In this document: positions 44,971 to 46,250 of the stretch, piece by piece | Numbering within the stretch: the stretch's first letter is position 1 | Layout: every line of letters starts with the position of its first letter | Assembly: GCA_046483565.1 (NCBI GenBank) | Contig: JAWOCZ010000066.1 | Location: 1-46,250, forward strand | Source of the DNA: Nitriliruptoraceae bacterium | Lineage (GTDB): Bacteria; Actinomycetota; Nitriliruptoria; Nitriliruptorales; Nitriliruptoraceae | DNA: 46,250 bases | Direction of reading: 5' to 3' | Made by a program: the position numbers and the translations under genes | Notes under the pieces: model-generated | Database searches by the model: none | What the model saw: the letters and a program-made list of their open reading frames with translations, nothing else | What the model was told of the DNA's origin: nothing

Positions 44971-46250
44971 TCAGGCCCTCACCACGAAGTTCACGAGCTT
45001 GTCGGGCACGTGGACCACCTTGACGACCTCCGCCGCGAGGTGGCCGGCGATCCGCTCGTCCTCCCGTGCCACCGATTCGACCGTCTCGGTGTCAGCCCCG
45101 GCGGGCACGGTCAGCCGGCCCCGGACCTTGCCGTTGACCTGCACCACGACCTCGACCTCCTCGTCGACCAGCAGCGAGGCATCGGCGACGGGCCACCGTT
45201 GGTCGTGGACGGACCCCTCGTGGCCGAGGCGGCTCCAGAGCTCCTCGGTGATGAAGGGGCACACCGGCGCCAGCATGGTCAACAGGGTCTCGAGCGCCTC
45301 GCGGACCGCGGGGCCACCACCGCCGTCCCGGGTGGCGTCGAGCACGGCGTTGGTCAGGGTCATCAGCTGGGCGATGGCCGTGTTGAACTTGCGCGCGTCG
45401 TACTCGGTCGAGGCCCGGTCGATGGCCTCGGCCGTGGCACGTCGCAAGCGGGCAGCGACCTCGTCGGACAGCGGCGTCGCGTCCTCGGCGTCGCGGGCGA
45501 GCTGCTCGAGCGTCAGCCGCCATACCCGCGACAGCCACTTGTGCATGCCCGTCGGGGAGACGTCCGCCCAGTCGATGTCGTCCTCGGGTGCGGAGGCGAA
45601 CAGCATCGTGCCGCGCAGGGTGTCGGCGCCGTAGGTGTCGGTCACCTCGCCGGGAACGACCAGGTTGCCCTTCGACTTCGACATCGCGGCGCCGTCCATG
45701 ATGACCTGCCCCTGGTTGAGCAGGGCCTGGAACGGCTCGTCGGCGTCGACGTAGCCGCGGTCACGCATCGCCTTGACCACGAAGCGGCTGTAGAGCAGGT
45801 GCAGCACGGCGTGCTCGACACCGCCGGTGTACTGGTCGACGGGGAGCCAGTCGCCGGCGGCCTCGGTGGGCCAGGGGCGGGTGTCGTCGGTGGGCGAGAG
45901 GTAGCGCAGGAAGTACCAGGAGGAGTCGACGAAGGTGTCCATCGTGTCGACATCGCGGGTGGCGTCCTGGTCGCCGCAGCGGGGGCAGACCACGTCGTGC
46001 TTGAAGCCGGCGTGCTGGTCGAGCGGCGAGCCGGCGACGGTGAAGTCCAGATCGCCAGGCAGGGTGACCGGCAGGTCCGCCTGCGGCACGGGGACCTCAC
46101 CGCAGTGCCGGCAGTGCACGATCGGGATCGGCGCACCCAAAGAGCGCTGTCGGGAGAACAACCAGTCGCGCAGGCGGGTGTTGACCCGGGCGGTCCACCA
46201 GCCCTTGGCCTCGACGTCGGCGATGATGAGTGCCTTGGCCTCGTCCCAGG
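44971..46250 (-). CDS. leuS: Leucine--tRNA ligase, C-terminal portion (the 5-prime end lies beyond the window)
   Basis: [11 protein letters not shown]...PIPIVHC and the class I KMSKS loop (AAMSKSKGN). The frame stays open from 46161 to the window end. Confidence 0.95.
   Translation of the reverse strand, partial: WDEAKALIIADVEAKGWWTARVNTRLRDWLFSRQRSLGAPIPIVHCRHCGEVPVPQADLPVTLPGDLDFTVAGSPLDQHAGFKHDVVCPRCGDQDATRDVDTMDTFVDSSWYFLRYLSPTDDTRPWPTEAAGDWLPVDQYTGGVEHAVLHLLYSRFVVKAMRDRGYVDADEPFQALLNQGQVIMDGAAMSKSKGNLVVPGEVTDTYGADTLRGTMLFASAPEDDIDWADVSPTGMHKWLSRVWRLTLEQLARDAEDATPLSDEVAARLRRATAEAIDRASTEYDARKFNTAIAQLMTLTNAVLDATRDGGGGPAVREALETLLTMLAPVCPFITEELWSRLGHEGSVHDQRWPVADASLLVDEEVEVVVQVNGKVRGRLTVPAGADTETVESVAREDERIAGHLAAEVVKVVHVPDKLVNFVVRA

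Overview
This is a very GC-rich segment (about 70% or more by eye) that looks like actinobacterial chromosome. It is densely coding and mostly core/housekeeping. The backbone gene order is one I recognise from Actinobacteria: leuS - degV - comEA - comEC - holA, then rpsT, lepA and hemW. A giant NAD-specific glutamate dehydrogenase sits between holA and rpsT.

Other content:
- An HDAC-family deacetylase, a J-domain protein, and a coiled-coil membrane protein paired with an S1 protease.
- An RNB exoribonuclease, and an S15/CocE-NonD hydrolase whose start overlaps the stop of a Ddl-like ATP-grasp ligase by 4 nt.
- A sulfite-oxidase-family Mo enzyme, a gamma-carbonic-anhydrase-like protein and ArgE.
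- One long minus-strand gene string: RqlH-type RecQ helicase, PHP phosphatase, macro domain, a eukaryote-type tandem-fused 6-phosphofructokinase, methylglyoxal synthase, a Zn metallopeptidase and an AAA ATPase.
- A second PFK with a PPi-type signature, a PEBP protein, a DUF202 pair, a PLP decarboxylase with a divergent Lrp regulator, and a GlcD-like FAD oxidase.

No rRNA, tRNA, CRISPR array, transposase or integrase is visible. Most ORFs in the six-frame track are spurious high-GC ORFs. Several real genes start well inside their maximal ORF, and I re-derived those starts from SD-like motifs.

I found no clear-cut new multi-gene system. The items most worth follow-up are:
1. A gap of roughly 830-940 nt with no credible gene (21296..22238), full of hairpins, several capped by GCGA only in the plus orientation. 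It is a candidate structured RNA.
2. A 101-bp-arm, 99% identical inverted repeat at the window edge that duplicates the 5-prime end of the HDAC gene head to head.
3. A bacterial tandem-fused (eukaryote-type) PFK beside mgsA and near a PPi-type PFK.
4. A perfect-register 18-nt x5 tandem repeat in the lepA/rpsT divergent promoter region.
5. Two copies of a 52-nt extended hairpin between convergent genes.
6. A comEC reading frame that has no stop before holA.
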